NCBI RefSeq assembly: GCF_009914755.1
Contig: NC_060925.1
Strand: one strand, 5' to 3'
DNA: 64,000 nt
From: the human T2T-CHM13v2.0 reference genome, Homo sapiens
In this document: positions 1-12,284 of the stretch, in pieces
How positions within the stretch are numbered: the first letter of the stretch is position 1
Layout: each line of letters opens with the position of its first letter
The notes under the pieces: generated by a model
Told to the model about the DNA's origin: nothing
What the model saw: the letters and a program-made list of their open reading frames with translations, nothing else
Database searches by the model: none
Translations under genes and position numbers: made by a program

Positions 1-448
1 CTGGTGAAACCAGTCTGCTACCCTCAGACCCCCCATCACATGAGCAAGGCTACAGGAGGGCACGGGATTTTGGGGCAAGGTGACCACTAATGAAGTTCAA
101 ATGGGGTCTTCCAGGGAGGCCCCAGAACCCAGTGTCCTCCCTGTGGTGGTCTCAGTGAGGACTGAAGGGGTTACTTCTTGTGATGTTCAGAAAAAGCACC
201 AGGTACTCTCCCCACCTACCCACCCTGGGATGAATTCAGTTTGGTAAAGTAGTAGTTATGCTGGAAATTTAATCATCACTTTGGATGATAAGGGAATTGA
301 AAAATAAATTGAAAGTGTCAAGTACTGCATTAGGGGGAGTGATGGAGTAAGGCAGGGGGCCGGTCACAAGAAATTACACAAATTTTTGTTTTCATAATTG
401 TAGGATTAAGAATCAAGGGTGATGGGGCCAGAGGAATGGGGGCATCCC

Positions 449-902
449 ATGTGCTGGAGCCTGCTCAAACCAGCTCATGGAGCTGATGGGTAAACTTTAA
501 AGAATTTTGTCAGGAGGTTATTAAACACAGACCACTATTAAAAATTAAATTATATTAACATCTGATGAAAAAATTACAAAGGTAACAAGTACTCAGAATT
601 CATTAATTCCCAATTCTCTTTTAAAACTGTACTATTGCATATGCCTTTGAGATTATTTACATCTATCTTATCTATTGAGGTTAATCTATTTGAGGTTAGT
701 TACAGCTATTGTATGGTGGAAACACTATATCATAGCGTGTTACTCTGTTTCTCTCCCAAACTTCCTGTTTAGTGACAATTCACTGAGAGCTTGAAATTGA
801 CCGTGGTGGAAGTACTTACACCACGGAGATGGGCAGACACTACCACTCAGGGCTTTTTTTTCCTGAAGAGCCAGTTGTTAAACATTTACAGATATACCAC
901 TG
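449..902 (+). mobile_element. MER63-type (MER63B-like) hAT-Blackjack DNA transposon relic
   Basis: Starts GTGCTGGAGCCTGCTC, has internal ATTAAAAATTAAATTATAT and TGTATGGTGGAAACACTATAT, and ends GAGCCAGTTGTTAAACATTTAC..ACCACTG; matches the recalled MER63 consensus. Confidence 0.75.
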
Positions 903-1196
903 AGTTGGGAAAGGGGAGAAGGCAAAGGCAAAAATAGAAGGAGGAGATTCCAGTGTGGAGGTGGAGTCAGCATTAGAGACCATCCAGCCCCAACCCTGAG
1001 CCACCATCCACACACTGCGTCTTGGGCAGGTGGCCCTTGATGAGCCACCAGGTCAGATGGGAAACCCCTGTGCAGGTGCAGGCCACAGCCATCAGGCCAC
1101 CTTGGGGGCCTACGGGCAGGTCACTATGCACAGGGTGAACTGGGCCCCTAACCAAGGCAAGCTCTGCTTCCTCTTCCCTACAACCTGACCTTTCAT

Positions 1197-2895
1197 TGAT
1201 GGCAGTGGTGGCCCATCTGAAGCAGCCGCTGCCATCACACTGGCTGCAGCAGAGAGGCACGGCCAGGCCTTCACACTCTGTGGAGCCAGCAGGAGCCTAT
1301 GACAAGTGGGAGCCCTGCCCCTTCAGAGTTGGTGGGGTGAAAGCTCCCCATGTGCAGCTGCAGCCACCCAAGTCATGGCTGCAGACCCGGGCCTCCCTGT
1401 GCTCTTGGGGGGCTGGAAGCAAGCAGAAGCCCCACACTTCCGGGTGCAGCTGGCCTCCCAAGTCAGAGCTGCAGACCCAAACCTCTCACTCCATGAAGCA
1501 GGCAGGAGCCCCGCCCCCCTGAGCACAGCTGCAGCTGTCCAAACCACAGCTGTAGACCCAGACCCAGATATCTCTGCATTCTTGGGGGCCTGGGAAGGCC
1601 CCCCTGCCCTCGCAGGTTTGGATGTGCCTGCTCCTGCTGCTTGGCTGCTCCCTGCTGTCAGCGCATGCTCTGATCTTAGAGCAAGTTCGAGCCTGAGCCT
1701 GGGCACTGTCACAGCCTGACTGGGTGTGCACATGCTCAGGGCAGTGCTGACACACTAGACCCCTGCCACCTAGGCCCCCTCCAGACTTTGGGCACTGATG
1801 ACCATAGGAGGGAAGCTGAGGGGGACTGAGGGCAGCTTGGTACTGGCCTGCAGACATCCCTTGGCACCTACAGCCTGGGGTCCATGAAAGGCAGCAGAAA
1901 GCAGACAGCTTCCTGGGTGGAAGGGGGCAGGTCCCTGGTGAGGCCCTACCTTCAGGCTAGTGAGGGCATGAAGGCTGGGGGCCAGGCTGCCAGTCACATG
2001 GATCAGAGTGAGAACTTGTAGTGCCCTTTCCAGGCCTGCCCATGGCCACCCATGGACCAATCAGCATGCACTTTCTCCCCTCTGAGGCCCATAAAAGCCC
2101 CAGGCTCAGCCAGAGCTGAGCAGATGTTGGGATGACCAGCTGCAGACAGGAGCTACCCACTCCAGGGCCTCCCCTCTGCTGAGAGCTGAACACTCATCAG
2201 GACACCCTGCCTGCAGAGAGGGACTACCCACTCCAGGGCTTCCTCTGAGCTATTCTATCACTCAATAAAACTCCTCTTCATCTTGCTCCACTTGTCTGCA
2301 TACCTCATTCTTCCTAGACACAGGACAAGAACTCAGGACCTACCAAATGGTGGGGCTGAAAGAGCTGTAACAGAAACAAGGCTGAAACACCCCTTGCTTG
2401 CCACATTGCAGGTGAAGAGAAAGAGGGAAGAGCTATGGCCATTTGGGGAGCCCAGATCTGGGAGCTCCCCAAGCAAGGGCTGTGACTCCCTCTTTGGAGC
2501 CCTGTGGTTCCTGGAGTCTCCATGCTTCCAGAAACCACCATGTTCCCCAGTGGCAACTGTAGAAGCTGCATGTGGTGCACCTGGTCCAGCTGTAGCCTCA
2601 CAGAGAGCTGGCACCTGTGCCTGCACCTGGAGCTGCCCACCTCGCTGCAGCAGCTGGCATGCCTAATTGCACAGTGGCTGGACCCCATGCTCACTTGCTC
2701 ACACACCCCTTGCTGCTCCACGTCTGGCTTGCCCTTGGCAGGCATGGGATCCAGGTTGGTAGCATGAGCCAAGTGCAGCCTGACAGGCCAAGTGGACAGA
2801 ATGAGCCCAGCAGGCCTGAGCAAAACTTGGGCAAAGGTGCCACCAGCCACAGAGGTTTCCAGCCAAAAAAGCAACACCCCAAGGATCCTGCAACA
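1197..2895 (+). mobile_element. Solo MER52-family LTR (ERV1), full length, ~1.7 kb
   Basis: TG...CA termini (TGATGGCAGTGGTGGCCC...GGATCCTGCAACA); 4-bp TSD TCAT at 1193-1196 and 2896-2899; CATAAAA box near 2090, AATAAA near 2264; internal GC-rich repeats typical of MER52. Confidence 0.9.
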
Positions 2896-2953
2896 TCATC
2901 ACCCGCAGGTCATGCCCTGTCACCAGAGAGGTCACCACACTGACCCCCACCCA

Positions 2954-3048
2954 AGTAGGATGGCCAACTGTCCAGGTTTTAACACTGAAAGTTCCATATC
3001 CCAGACAACCCCTCAGATATGGTCTAACTGGGATGGCTGGTCACCTTA
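2954..3048. mobile_element. MER81-like hAT-Blackjack MITE
   Basis: Degenerate terminal inverted repeats TAGGATGGCCAACTGTCC ... GGATGGCTGGTCACCTTA. Confidence 0.65.
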
Positions 3049-4339
3049 CCCCCTTCCCTGCCACCTTGAGGTGGACAAATACTAATAACTCACCCTCTCT
3101 GAGCACTTGCCTGTGTGAACAGCCAACCACAATTCCCACAACTCACAGTCAGTCTGGGGCAGGAGGTTTGCAGGTGAGAAAAAAGGGTTTAGAGGTGAAA
3201 TAAACAATCAGGAAGTGGGGCATCTGCAACCTCCAGGCCCTGGCTGTTACCCCAGGGACAGACCTGCATCTGCACCCTACACCCATCACACACACCCCAG
3301 GTACCCTCACACCATCACCTATCACTGACCCCACCTTCCATGCTCTTCCCCTGCCAGGGTCCTGCCTGGCCCCCACCAGCCCAGTCACTGCACACACAAG
3401 CACATGCCCCACAGGCACAGGCTTTCAGGCACACAGTGCATACGGGTACATGACTGAGGGGCCCTTCCCCCAGAGGGGTTCCCATGTTCACATTCACACC
3501 TGCCACCTTCCTGCACAGACCACCCCTTGGGGGCCTCCCCTCAACTCTTGTCTCCAGGTGTGCCATGAAGTTCCTCATCACATATAAAGGGAGAAGACAA
3601 AGTGGAGCAGAATGTTATTGTAATTATCTGTGGCAGGAACCCAGCTTTTCAGATGATGATTATAATCATTAACAATTCTCTTATCAGTGGTGGGGAGCGG
3701 GGCTCTGTAAGGAGGGCCTGGAAGCGGTGTCAGGGGAAGCTATGAATGCTCTGATAACAAGATCCAGCTCCCCTCCCGCCATTCCTAGGTAATTCTGTGG
3801 GAAGTTCTGGGGCTGGGAGTGGGGCAGGGAGACGGGAAGCTTAGATACGGGAGATGAAGAGCTGCTCTTCTGGGGACCCGCTTGACCAGGTGACCTTCAT
3901 CTGCCCAGCCCAAGGGCTTTGGCTAGGCCTGAGGTAGCAAAAGGAGCCAACCGGGGCTTGGCCTCCACCATGTTCTCAGAGAAAGGGTGACTTCACTGGA
4001 ATGAGGGAACTGAAAATCAGTAGGGTGGTGCAGTGAGTCTCCTGCCTGGGTGGTGTCACATGTCTCCCCTCCCCTAGCCTGTCCAGGGCTCCAATGATGG
4101 TGTGTGGCCTTGGATGGGTCACCCGCCTACACTGCAGTGCCTCAGCTCCTGGCAGCTAATGGACACCTTCCCAGCCAGCTCCATACTGCATCCACCCCAA
4201 GAAAGACCCACAAGAGCAGGGCCCTGTCTCTGCTGCCCACCTCCACACCAGTCCTCAGTGCCCAGACCAGGGCCTGGCACACAGAAGGCTCCACAGAAAC
4301 ACTTGAGGAAGAACCAAAAGAGCCTGTTCATGAAGAGAA

Positions 4340-4440
4340 CAAGGATGACAGGTAGGTGCTGTTATCCCCATCTAACAGAGGAGGAGACTGAGGCTCAGAG
4401 GTGAAGTGACCCACCCAGATTCACACAGCTCATCAGAAAG
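4340..4440 (-). mobile_element. MIR SINE fragment
   Basis: Core TTATCCCCATCTAACAGAGGAGGAGACTGAGGCTCAGAG. Confidence 0.8.
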
Positions 4441-4879
4441 GGGAAGCTGAGGGCTGCTCTTCCAGGGGGCACACAGGACCAGAACGGGGCTAGGAGCAGC
4501 ATGGATCCTGGGAGAGACAGCTGAGCTGCCGTGCACCTAGATGAGAAATCAAATGTTTTACAAGGATCTGCCCCTACCTGGGAAACTCAAGCTAAGTGGG
4601 AGGCCCCAGTGATGGTGGCCTTGGGGAAAAGGAGGAGCAGAGAGGGGAGGCAGCCTCATTTGCATAAAGGCCTCACCTCTGCCAATCAACTGGGCTTTCA
4701 GGGGTGGGGATGCCAGGGCCTGGCCAGTCACCAGAAGACTGGGGGCAGAGGAGGGTGGAGCAGGGCCAGGCCCTGACCAGGTAGGCAGCCAGGCCCCGCC
4801 CCTGTGCTCCTGGCTGCTCTTCCCAATTGGCTCTTCCCTCCCTGACCTCAGTGGGTCCTCCCAACACACCTGCATCAAG

Positions 4880-5015
4880 GGCAGGAATAATCATCTCCAC
4901 TTTGCAGATGAGGCAACTGAGGCTCAGAGAGGTCACATGACTTGCTCAAGGTCACACAGGAAATTCGCAGCAGACCCAGAACTGACCAGGTCTGAACTCC
5001 CAGCCCAGGATGCTG
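4880..5015 (-). mobile_element. MIR SINE fragment
   Basis: TTTGCAGATGAGGCAACTGAGGCTCAGAGAGG..ACTTGCTCAAGGTCACACAG. Confidence 0.85.
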
Positions 5016-5749
5016 AGTTCTGCTCCTCTGGCTTCTTCCTGGCTGCTGCCCAGGGCCACAGGCAGGCACACCTACCCCATCCTGTCCTCTGCTACCACCA
5101 GAGCCTCCTGCCCCACCAAATGCCCCAGCCAGGGTTTAGCTCAGAGCTGCTGGGGACTTCAAGCCCACTCTCCAGCCTCCATCCCTGAGCCCAGACCCTT
5201 TTCCCCAGCTGTTCCCAGACACTGGGTCAGGGAGACACAGAATTCCGGGGCTGGCAGGGACCCCAGGAAGCCTCTGGCCCAATCCCCTGGGGTGGCAGGT
5301 GGGAGCAGTGGTCCCTCAACAGCCACACTGTGCCCCTCACCTTCGTCTCAGAAGCCCTCCAGGGCCTGGCTTGGGGAGCTGCTCTTCTCCCTGCATGTCC
5401 GCCTTGCTTCCTGCCTTATTTATTTCCCGGCAGATTATTTGTATCTAGGTCTAAGGTTTGATTTACAAACTTCCAGGGGAGGGAGGGCAGCTGGCTGCAC
5501 CTGCAAGTACTAAGGTGCCTCAGTGATTTACTCTGCCGGGAAATGTTTGCTTCTCCTGAGGGATCATCTCAGATCCTCCTTATTGAAGGCTGGGATTTAC
5601 TGAGGCTTCTTTTCCCTAGGGAGCTGCAGGGCAGCTTTGCAGGGATAGGGAGGTAGATGAGAGGTGGGCGGTGGGGGGAACAGAGGTGGAGGGAGCCACA
5701 GGCACCCCTATGAAGTGAAGAGTGAATCTAAACAATGTGACTGGGAGGA

Positions 5750-5970
5750 AGAGGATGGACTTCAGGCTCACCAGCTGGGTTTGAATCCCTGTCCCTATTA
5801 CAGCCAAGGAGTGTGACCTTAGGCAGGTCACTTAACCTCTCTGAGCCTTGATATCCTCATCTGCACATTGGGCATAATCTCACAATGGCAAGAGTGACAT
5901 CTGCCTACTGAGGTGGTGAGGCTTGGATGAGGGGTGCACGTAGATGCTAGACACATAGCAGGGGCTCAGG
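5750..5970 (+). mobile_element. MIR SINE
   Basis: CTGGGTTTGAATCCC..GTGTGACCTTAGGCAGGTCACTTAACCTCTCTGAGCC. Confidence 0.85.
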
Positions 5971-6377
5971 AGAGGTGAGTTCTCCCCTCTAGCCCATTGG
6001 AGGTCTCCCTTTTCCTGCCCCGACTGCCTCCTCTATGCCTGCCCCGTGGCTTTCCTCCAAGTCCCCTCCTTGCACATGCCTCTCTGCCCTCGGGGAGAGC
6101 AGAGCCTGCCAGTCACGGGTTCTGCCTCCACTGCAGTTCAGGAGAGAACACGGAGCCCCACGGGCAGGACTGGCCTGGCCGCTGCCGCTGTATGCCGGGA
6201 CATCAGGCACAGGTGCAGCATGTGTCCAGGGACTGTTGGAAATACAGCCGCTTCCCTGTGGATGAGTTAATAAATCTTGAAGTTGGAAAGGGCCTTGGCA
6301 GAGTGAGGGGGCTCTGGGGCCTAAAGTTCTGCTGTGATCTAAAGGGTCAGCAGAAGTCTTTCATGTGTCTAATTTCT

Positions 6378-6646
6378 TTCTTTTTTTTGGTGGGGGGGTG
6401 CAGTGGCACGGTCTTGGCTCACTGCAACCTCCCCTTCCCAGGTTCAAGTGATTCTCCTGCTGCAGCCTCCCAAGTAGCTGGGAGTACAGGCGTGCACCAC
6501 CACATCTAGCTAATTTTTCACATTTTTGGTTAGAAGGGGTTTCACCATGTTGGCCAGCCTGTTATGGAACTCCTGACCTCAAGTGATTCACCCGCCTTGG
6601 CCTCCCAAAGTGCTGGGATTACAGGCATGAGCCACTGCACCCAGGC
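6378..6646 (-). mobile_element. AluS (Sx/Sz-like); ~35 bp next to the tail are missing
   Basis: Reverse-strand Alu body; TSD ATGTGTCTAATTTCT (6363-6377) / ATATGTCTAATTTCT (6648-6662); the usual GAGACGGAGTCTCGCTCTG segment is replaced by GGTGGGGGGG. Confidence 0.95.
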
Positions 6647-6974
6647 AATATGTCTAATTTCTAACAAAGCGAGGTGGAACAGGGGAGGGGACTGGCCTTA
6701 TTAGCTCAGGTGACCCAGAGTCTATTGAGACTGGGGAGACCCCTGGGGAAAGGAAATGGGATTCTTCCAGGCTTAACCCAGAGGCCCCAGCCCCGATTTG
6801 TGGCCTCCTGAAGGTGTCTCCAGGCCCCTAGGAACTGTCATAGTGAAGTTCAGACTATCAGAAACTAGGAAACAAGCTTCTTCCCTACCCCACCCAGCAG
6901 GGCACAGTGTCCGGAGGAGGAGGCTCTGGAGCCAGACCCCCAAGAACCCAATGGGGCCACAGAGAGCTGAGCTG

Positions 6975-7400
6975 GCCCTGGGCAAGTCTCTGACAGCCCC
7001 TTTGTCTCCTGAGTCTCAGTCTTCTTATCTGTAAAGTGGGAGCGGTGAGCACTCCCTTCCTCAGTTGTTGCTGGGGTTACATGACGTGAGTAAAACCCCT
7101 TCACAGTGCCTGACACACAGGGCTTCAACAAATATATGGTACTGTAGGAAGGTGGTGCCATGAGCCCAGTTTTAGGAAAGTGTGCATTTGGAAGCCATAC
7201 AGCCAGGACTCAAAGCCTCCTCGGCCTCACACCAGCCCGGTGACCTTCAGCAGAGAACTTAGCCTAACGTGTTTGGATTCCCTTCCTGCAGAATGAATTA
7301 ATTATAGTAATTCCCCTCTGAGATTGTTGTAAGGACTCAGTAAGATACTTATAAAGTTCTAGAATAGAGCCAGGCTCACAGAAATACTTAATAGAACTAG
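6975..7400 (+). mobile_element. Two consecutive MIR fragments
   Basis: CTGAGTCTCAGTCTTCTTATCTGTAAAGTGGG and GTTGTAAGGACTCAGTAAGAT cores. Confidence 0.7.
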
Positions 7401-7574
7401 TTGTTTTATGGTTGTGTGCTGGTGTGGTTTCAAGGTCATTGTCCAGCCTTTTCTCTTAATGGCCCCTCCAGACCTCTGCAGGCCATCTCTGCATCACTGT
7501 GGTCAGTGAAGGACCTTGTGGTTTCCTCCGGGGTCTGCCCTGATCTCCTCCTGCTCTGACCCGTATCTCACCTT

Positions 7575-7613
<39 letters not shown>

Positions 7614-7635
7614 GCACACATGAACACACACACAT
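7575..7635. repeat. (CA)n microsatellite, ~16 pure units at 7581-7612 with a degenerate flank
   Basis: Seen directly. Confidence 0.97.
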
Positions 7636-8614
7636 GTGCCCTGAACCCCGTGATTCAGGAGGGCCCAGGGCCATCTTTGGATCCTTCCTGTTGACAGTAC
7701 CTCTCCCTGCCCAGGGCTGCCCATCTGCACAGCAGTGTGGGCATCGGGCAGAGGCTTGGCAGGGCCGGTTCTGCCTGTCCACCTCTCCCTGAGCTGCCCC
7801 ATCTGTTCATGGGGCTTGGACTCTGACAGCCCAGTGTACCCCTGGATTGAGGGGGGCTTGTTATTGTCATCCCCCACCATGCAATGGTTGTCCTGAGAGA
7901 CCCTCCTTGACCGTGGTTGCAGGAAGTCTTTGATATATGGAGGCTGTCACCACACAGACACACTGTCAGGCATGCTTATAGCAATGGTGGCAGGAGCTGA
8001 GCCGCAGCCATCTCTGTGGTTGGAAGCCTGGTCTCCCTCATCCCAACTTATATGGGTCCCTTGAGTTACCTACTTGACTCATGAAGACACTTGAGCTTAT
8101 GTCCCAGTCTGCTCTGTACAGAGATGAGTAAACTGAGCCCACAGAGGGGCAGGGACTTTGTCCACCCTGCCCTGGAATGCCACAGGCTTGAGGGCAGGAA
8201 TGGCTTCATCCACCATTGTATCGCCAGCGCCCAGAACCAGCCTGGCACTTAGGTGCGCAATAGGCATTTGTGGAGTGTTGAATTTGTTGACTGTCACTCA
8301 GTGAGTTGGAGACACAGCCACAGCTCAGACCCACCTCCCCAATCCCCAGGCCAGAATCTCCCCAGCCCCAGCTGTTTCTCCTTTTACTGCCAGACCCCAA
8401 GACACTACCTTCTTCCTCATACATATGGACAGGTGCACCCTGATCTCAATCAGCTCAGATGCCTTACAGCCCATTCCGAGTTAACCCCAGAGAAGATGGC
8501 GAGCCTCCTGCAGGAACCATCATTTGTCATAATCTATTTGACCATGAGGAATGTTTTTAACATTTAATAAAAGTGTGGGACTCCCACTTGCTATGAGCTG
8601 TCATTGTAAATTGG

Positions 8615-8875
8615 AGGTAGCAGAGAGCAGTGGTGAGGACCGTGGTGTTGGGCAGGCCGGAGATCAAATTCTCTGTTCACCACAATCTGCCTGTGTGTCT
8701 TTGGACATGGCACTTTAATTCTCTGAGCCTCAATTTCCTCATCCATAAAAACGACGATAACAGCCCCTCCCCTCAGTGGATGTTGTAGGGATTAAATGAG
8801 ATATCCCAAGTAAATCACTAAGCCCAGCGCCCCAGCACACAGTAGGTACTTGAGGAATGGTGGCTGCTATTATTT
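8615..8875 (+). mobile_element. MIR SINE, near full length
   Basis: CTCTGAGCCTCAATTTCCTCATCCATAAAA..GGATTAAATGAGAT..GCACACAGTAGGTACT. Confidence 0.88.
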
Positions 8876-9577
8876 TATCACTAGCCAGCAGCTACCATTA
8901 GATCCTAATGACGGAGGAAATACGCAATGGACGAAGGCTGCTAGAAATGCAGAAATGCTTCTCAGGAGCACATGCGGATAGTAAAATGGTGCTCTGTTAT
9001 GTGGCAGGCCAATTATTCTGTCTACAAATAGCATCTGGTACCCAGGTGAAGTCAGGGCCCCTTGCAGTCAGCACCCAGAAGTTCTGGACCCCTGGGTTGG
9101 GACCATCAGCCATTGCTATAGTCAAAACCAGAGGAGAGTTCTGACCGTCACAGTTAGGGTGGCAGTAACAGGGGCCACCGGCCCAGCCTGGCCTCCCTTC
9201 CTACCTCCAGGCCATTTCCTGAGTCAGAGAGGATAAGTCCTCCCCTGCTCACCCCTCCAACCCCAGACACTCAGGCTTGAGTGGTTCTCTTTCTTCCCAA
9301 TGAATACAATATCATCTCACAGATGAACCACGGTGATGTAATAAAACTGGCTCATTACATCCCTGTACATGGAGCCATTTAATGAACACACAACTGCTGG
9401 CCCTCCATGGCCCCTGAGCCATATGCAAATAAAACAGTTTCCACAGTGTCATTTAATTAGCTGGGGAGGGCCAGGACATGGGGAGAGGGAGGAGAGAGTA
9501 TGGGACAGAAGCAGAGAAAGAGGGGTAGGAGGAAGGAAAGAGGCAGTCAGGAGAGGGGCAGAGAGGATGAGGAAGGG

Positions 9578-9893
9578 CAGTTCTGCAGGCTGTATAAGCA
9601 TGGCCCCAGGATCTACTCAGCTTCTGGTGAGGCCTCAGGCAGTTTTTACTTATGACAAAAGGTGAAGAGGGAGCAGGTATGTCACATGGAGAGAGGAAGC
9701 AAGAGAAAGAGGGGGAGGTCCCAGACTTTTTAACAATCAGATCTCACAGTAACTCATTACAATGGGGATGGAGCTAACTGATTCATGAAGATCCACCTCC
9801 ATGGTCCAACACTTCCCACCAAGCCCCACCTCCAATACTGGGGTTCACATTTCAACATGAGATTTGGAAGGAAAACACATTCAAACCATATCA
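9578..9893 (-). mobile_element. MSTB-like MaLR LTR, partial
   Basis: CAGTTCTGCAGGCTGTATAAGCATGG..CTTCTGGTGAGGCCTCAGG..TTTCAACATGAGATTTGG..CAAACCATATCA. Confidence 0.85.
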
Positions 9894-10049
9894 CATACCA
9901 AGAACTTTTGCTAAAATTATCAGGAAAGAGAGAGGTGAAGCCAGTGTGGCATAACTGTGGGGATTTCCATAGGATAGCATTTGCCACCCAGAAGGGAGAG
10001 CATGGCTGAGGATTAACTCAATGTAGAAGCACTGGTCAAGAGATGGAAA

Positions 10050-10220
10050 GGCAAGATTATAAGATGATAGCCCTTAAGCCACTGCATTCAGCTGTGCTCA
10101 AAGCCATCAACTCTTGGATGTCTTAGTTGAATGGGCCAATAAGACACCTCATTTCTTCTCTGTTTTATTTAAACCTGTAGGGGTTAGATTTTCATCCCTG
10201 GAACTGCAAGTGTACTAATA
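10050..10220 (+). mobile_element. Old MLT1-type LTR 3' fragment
   Basis: AGCCACTGCATTCAGCTGTGCTCAAAGCCA..GGCCAATAA..; degenerate. Confidence 0.5.
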
Positions 10221-11546
10221 AGGAAAGCACATTTTTGGCCAAAGGAGAAGACTTGGAATAAAGATTGACAGAAGCCCCAAATAATGCCAGTGAGCCTGCA
10301 GCACAGTGGACAAGGCAAGATGAGCCTCTGTGTATCAGACTCAGAGGGACCAAGAAGCCTTGTTGTCAGCTGGGTAAGAGGTGAAGACCAAAGTGGAGGC
10401 TAAATGACTCAATGTACTCAGTGAGACAACTTCCAGTTTCCTAGGATAGATGTCCTCCAGGGCCATCCCCAGGAGCCTCACTTCGCCCCAGACCCAGACC
10501 CAACTTTGTCCACTCCTGAGAAGTCCAGAATCAGAGGTCTTTGGCCAATCAGGACTGGAAGGGACCATTAATACCACTCATTTTTTTCTTTCCTTTTGTA
10601 TGGCTAATTAATGTGTATGAGTACATTCTCGTGAATGTATTGCATTCTTATGCAGGTATAGGGTAAAAAGTCTGGCCATGTGGAGAAAGAAAATAGCCTT
10701 GATTTACAAATGAGAATGGGCCCAGGAAGCCATGTGATGCACCTAAGTTGTGGAGAGGGTTCCGTGAAATGTTGCACATACAGTGAACAATGCCTGGTAC
10801 TTAACGAGTGCTGCAGAGCGTTGCCTGGTGCTGGGCTGCTCTTAGCACACTGTGGATGCCTGTCTGTTTCTGAGAAGGCTCCTGCATTGATCTCAGAGGA
10901 CCTAAAGGGCAAGGACCCGACTGATTCGCCTCCTTTTCCTGGGAGCCTAGAACAGTCTCTGTGAAGAGTCCAGATTAGCAAAATTTAATGAAAAGATGAA
11001 TGAAAGAGGAGTTGGGGTGGCAGTGTGTTAGGGTAGACAGAGGGGTTGTCCCAGATTCCCCCACCCCATTCCTTACACCTAAAAAGCCAGAAGTCCTCAC
11101 TCTGCGGCTGGCTAATGGAATGCATCCCCACACCTGTGGAAAGTGGGTACTGTACCCCTTTTGTGGAAGAGGAGGGTGAGGTCGCCCTCTTGGTTTCCAT
11201 CCAAGGCCAGCCTTCGACAGAAGCTGGGCTGATTCACATAGGTCATTTGTCAGTGCAGACCTGGCCTCAGGGGCTGCGGGACCACATTGAGGTGAGGGCA
11301 GCAGGTTCCTAGGAGCAGGGGTTTCTTCTCTGCTCACCACTGTGTCTGGACTCAGTTATTCCTGCTGCCCCCCACGGCGTCTCCCTGCCCACACACTCTG
11401 CAGGAGCCCCTGTGTTCTGCAGGCCCCACACCTGGAAGTGCCCTCCTGTCTCTGATCACTTTTGAAGAATACAGTTAGTACACATTCCATTTCACAAAAC
11501 GCTCCTCTTGATATCTGTCCTGCTCACAAGTGTGAGCATAGGCTAA

Positions 11547-12113
<567 letters not shown>

Positions 12114-12284
12114 TGAGGAAAGCCATGGATGGGGTGGGAGGGAACATTTACAGATAGGGAATGTTCAGGAGTTAGATAGACTTGGGTTTGTGCCTCAGAC
12201 TTACCAAATACTGGCCGCAATAGTAGTGCCTACCTTGCCTGGAAGATCAAGAGCTCAAGTACATGGAGGAAATAGGGATTTCTT

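Noticed and set aside
1196-2943. Many overlapping ORFs on both strands
   Set aside because: They lie in the GC-rich MER52 LTR; no coding signature.
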